The position numbers were made by a program, and so were the translations under genes. DNA of 10,678 bases from a virus (Duplodnaviria; Heunggongvirae; Uroviricota; Caudoviricetes): IMG/VR virus record IMGVR_UViG_2684623081_000001; one strand, given 5' to 3'. Shown here one piece after another: positions 8,657 through 10,678 of the stretch. The notes beneath the pieces were generated by a model that saw only the letters and a list, made by a program, of their open reading frames with translations, was not told where the DNA came from and searched no databases. Position 1 is the stretch's first letter; every line of letters begins with the position of its first letter.

Positions 8657-8808
8657 TTCTTCTATCAGCTAATAATCAAAGGAATGAAGTCTATCATCCA
8701 AGTCTTAATCGATCGATACTTGCTGTGGTTGATGAGACAAAACTTATACACACAAAGCTTTGCACTGGATTGCAAGACTTTGTGCTATTCGATAGTTGTT
8801 AAGGTCGC

Positions 8809-8871
8809 TCACTCCACCTTCTCATCAAGCCAGTCCGCCCATGAAGTCAGCCCCATACGATATAAGTTGTT
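8809..8871 (-). pseudogene. intS: Probable 3' remnant of the prophage integrase (last ~20 codons), truncated by cassette insertion
   Basis: The minus-strand frame ends at a stop at 8809-8811, about 152 bp upstream of the gtrA start, matching the expected integrase-gtrA spacing. Upstream, the frame runs straight into vector sequence at the SpeI site 8872-8877. Assignment is by synteny only. Confidence 0.4.
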
Positions 8872-8892
8872 ACTAGTGCTTGGATTCTCACC

Positions 8893-8921
8893 AATAAAAA
8901 ACGCCCGGCGGCAACCGAGCG
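8893..8921 (-). terminator. Phage lambda t0 intrinsic terminator, oriented to stop the cat transcript
   Basis: Minus-strand hairpin CGCUCGG-UUGCCG-CCGGGCG followed by UUUUUUAUU. The flanking 79 nt (8893-8971, minus) match my recollection of lambda oop RNA. Confidence 0.85.
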
Positions 8922-8998
8922 TTCTGAACAAATCCAGATGGAGTTCTGAGGTCATTACTGGATCTATCAACAGGAGTCCAAGCGAGCTCGATATCAAA

Positions 8999-9658
8999 TT
9001 ACGCCCCGCCCTGCCACTCATCGCAGTACTGTTGTAATTCATTAAGCATTCTGCCGACATGGAAGCCATCACAAACGGCATGATGAACCTGAATCGCCAG
9101 CGGCATCAGCACCTTGTCGCCTTGCGTATAATATTTGCCCATGGTGAAAACGGGGGCGAAGAAGTTGTCCATATTGGCCACGTTTAAATCAAAACTGGTG
9201 AAACTCACCCAGGGATTGGCTGAGACGAAAAACATATTCTCAATAAACCCTTTAGGGAAATAGGCCAGGTTTTCACCGTAACACGCCACATCTTGCGAAT
9301 ATATGTGTAGAAACTGCCGGAAATCGTCGTGGTATTCGCTCCAGAGCGATGAAAACGTTTCAGTTTGCTCATGGAAAACGGTGTAACAAGGGTGAACACT
9401 ATCCCATATCACCAGCTCACCGTCTTTCATTGCCATACGGAATTCCGGATGAGCATTCATCAGGCGGGCAAGAATGTGAATAAAGGCCGGATAAAACTTG
9501 TGCTTATTTTTCTTTACGGTCTTTAAAAAGGCCGTAATATCCAGCTGAACGGTCTGGTTATAGGTACATTGAGCAACTGACTGAAATGCCTCAAAATGTT
9601 CTTTACGATGCCATTGGGATATATCAACGGTGGTATATCCAGTGATTTTTTTCTCCAT
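8999..9658 (-). CDS. cat: Chloramphenicol acetyltransferase, type I (Tn9/pACYC184-type), 219 aa
   Basis: Full-length sequence recognised ([25 protein letters not shown] ... [28 protein letters not shown]). Confidence 0.97.
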
Positions 9659-9790
9659 TTTAGCTTCCTTAGCTCCTGAAAATCTCGATAACTCAAAAAA
9701 TACGCCCGGTAGTGATCTTATTTCATTATGGTGAAAGTTGGAACCTCTTACGTGCCGATCAACGTCTCATTTTCGCCAGATATCGACGTC
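9659..9790 (-). promoter_or_regulatory. cat promoter and 5'UTR (Tn9/pACYC184-derived), up to the AatII site
   Basis: Minus-strand sequence ACGTTGATCGGCACGTAAGAGGTTCCAACTTTCACCATAATGAAATAAGATCACTACCGGGCGTATTTTTTGAGTTATCGAGATTTTCAGGAGCTAAGGAAGCTAAA immediately precedes the cat ATG. Confidence 0.9.
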
Positions 9791-9865
9791 TAAGAAACCA
9801 TTATTATCGTGACATTAACCTATAAAAATAGGCGTATCACGAGGCCCTTTCGTCTTCACCTCGAG

Positions 9866-9925
9866 GATAAATATCTAACACCGTGCGTGTTGACTATTTT
9901 ACCTCTGGCGGTGATAATGGTTGCA
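9866..9925 (+). promoter_or_regulatory. Phage lambda PR promoter with operators OR2 (9876-9892) and OR1 (9900-9916); OR3 truncated at the XhoI site
   Basis: -35 TTGACT at 9890-9895, 17-bp spacer, -10 GATAAT at 9913-9918, expected start at A 9925. Operator sequences TAACACCGTGCGTGTTG and TACCTCTGGCGGTGATA recognised. Confidence 0.92.
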
Positions 9926-9938
9926 TGTACTAGAATTC

Positions 9939-10678
<740 letters not shown>

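Larger units (their letters stand above)
1..8871. mobile_element. Defective lambdoid/P22-like prophage segment, consistent with E. coli K-12 KplE1 (CPS-53); attachment sites not in window
   Basis: Gene order and ORF lengths match my recollection of KplE1: excisionase end, leftward block, truncated replication gene, methyltransferase and tail-fibre fragments, gtr operon, integrase remnant. Mosaic GC content. Not verified by alignment. Confidence 0.7.

Noticed and set aside
8657-8808. Dam/OxyR phase-variation switch of the gtr operon
   Set aside because: Only one GATC is present and no paired OxyR half-site pattern is evident; not supported.
8684-9037. 117-aa plus-strand ORF across the gtr promoter region and vector junction
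   Set aside because: Crosses the synthetic junction and the t0 terminator and runs antisense to real features; no RBS or homology.
8809-9081. 90-aa minus-strand ORF spanning the chromosome-cassette junction
   Set aside because: Chimeric reading frame running from the cat 3' region through the t0 module into the integrase stub; it overlaps cat in another frame and has no RBS.

Overview
I do not see evidence for a new biological system here; the window reads as a known defective prophage of Escherichia coli K-12 with an engineered reporter cassette at one end. Positions 1-8871 match, by gene order and ORF lengths recalled from memory (no database was consulted), the KplE1/CPS-53 cryptic prophage: torI, yfdT, yfdS, yfdR, yfdQ, yfdP on the minus strand; yfdO, yfdN, yfdM, yfdL, yfdK on the plus strand; then tfaS and the gtr-type operon yfdI-yfdH-yfdG on the minus strand. 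Positions 8872-10678 are synthetic: a lambda t0/oop terminator module, a Tn9-type cat gene with its promoter, a lambda PR promoter (OR2 and OR1 only), a designed RBS and a YFP gene, joined by SpeI, SacI, AatII, XhoI, EcoRI, KpnI and SphI sites. The cassette appears to replace the prophage integrase intS, leaving about 20 C-terminal codons. Within the prophage the most informative relics are a 5'-truncated replication gene carrying iteron-like 15-bp repeats, a deletion scar fusing a methyltransferase fragment to a tail-fibre fragment, a convergent pair of tail-fibre assembly genes, and a tRNA-derived fragment next to torI. The prophage genes are individually uncharacterised in places, but their arrangement is conventional.
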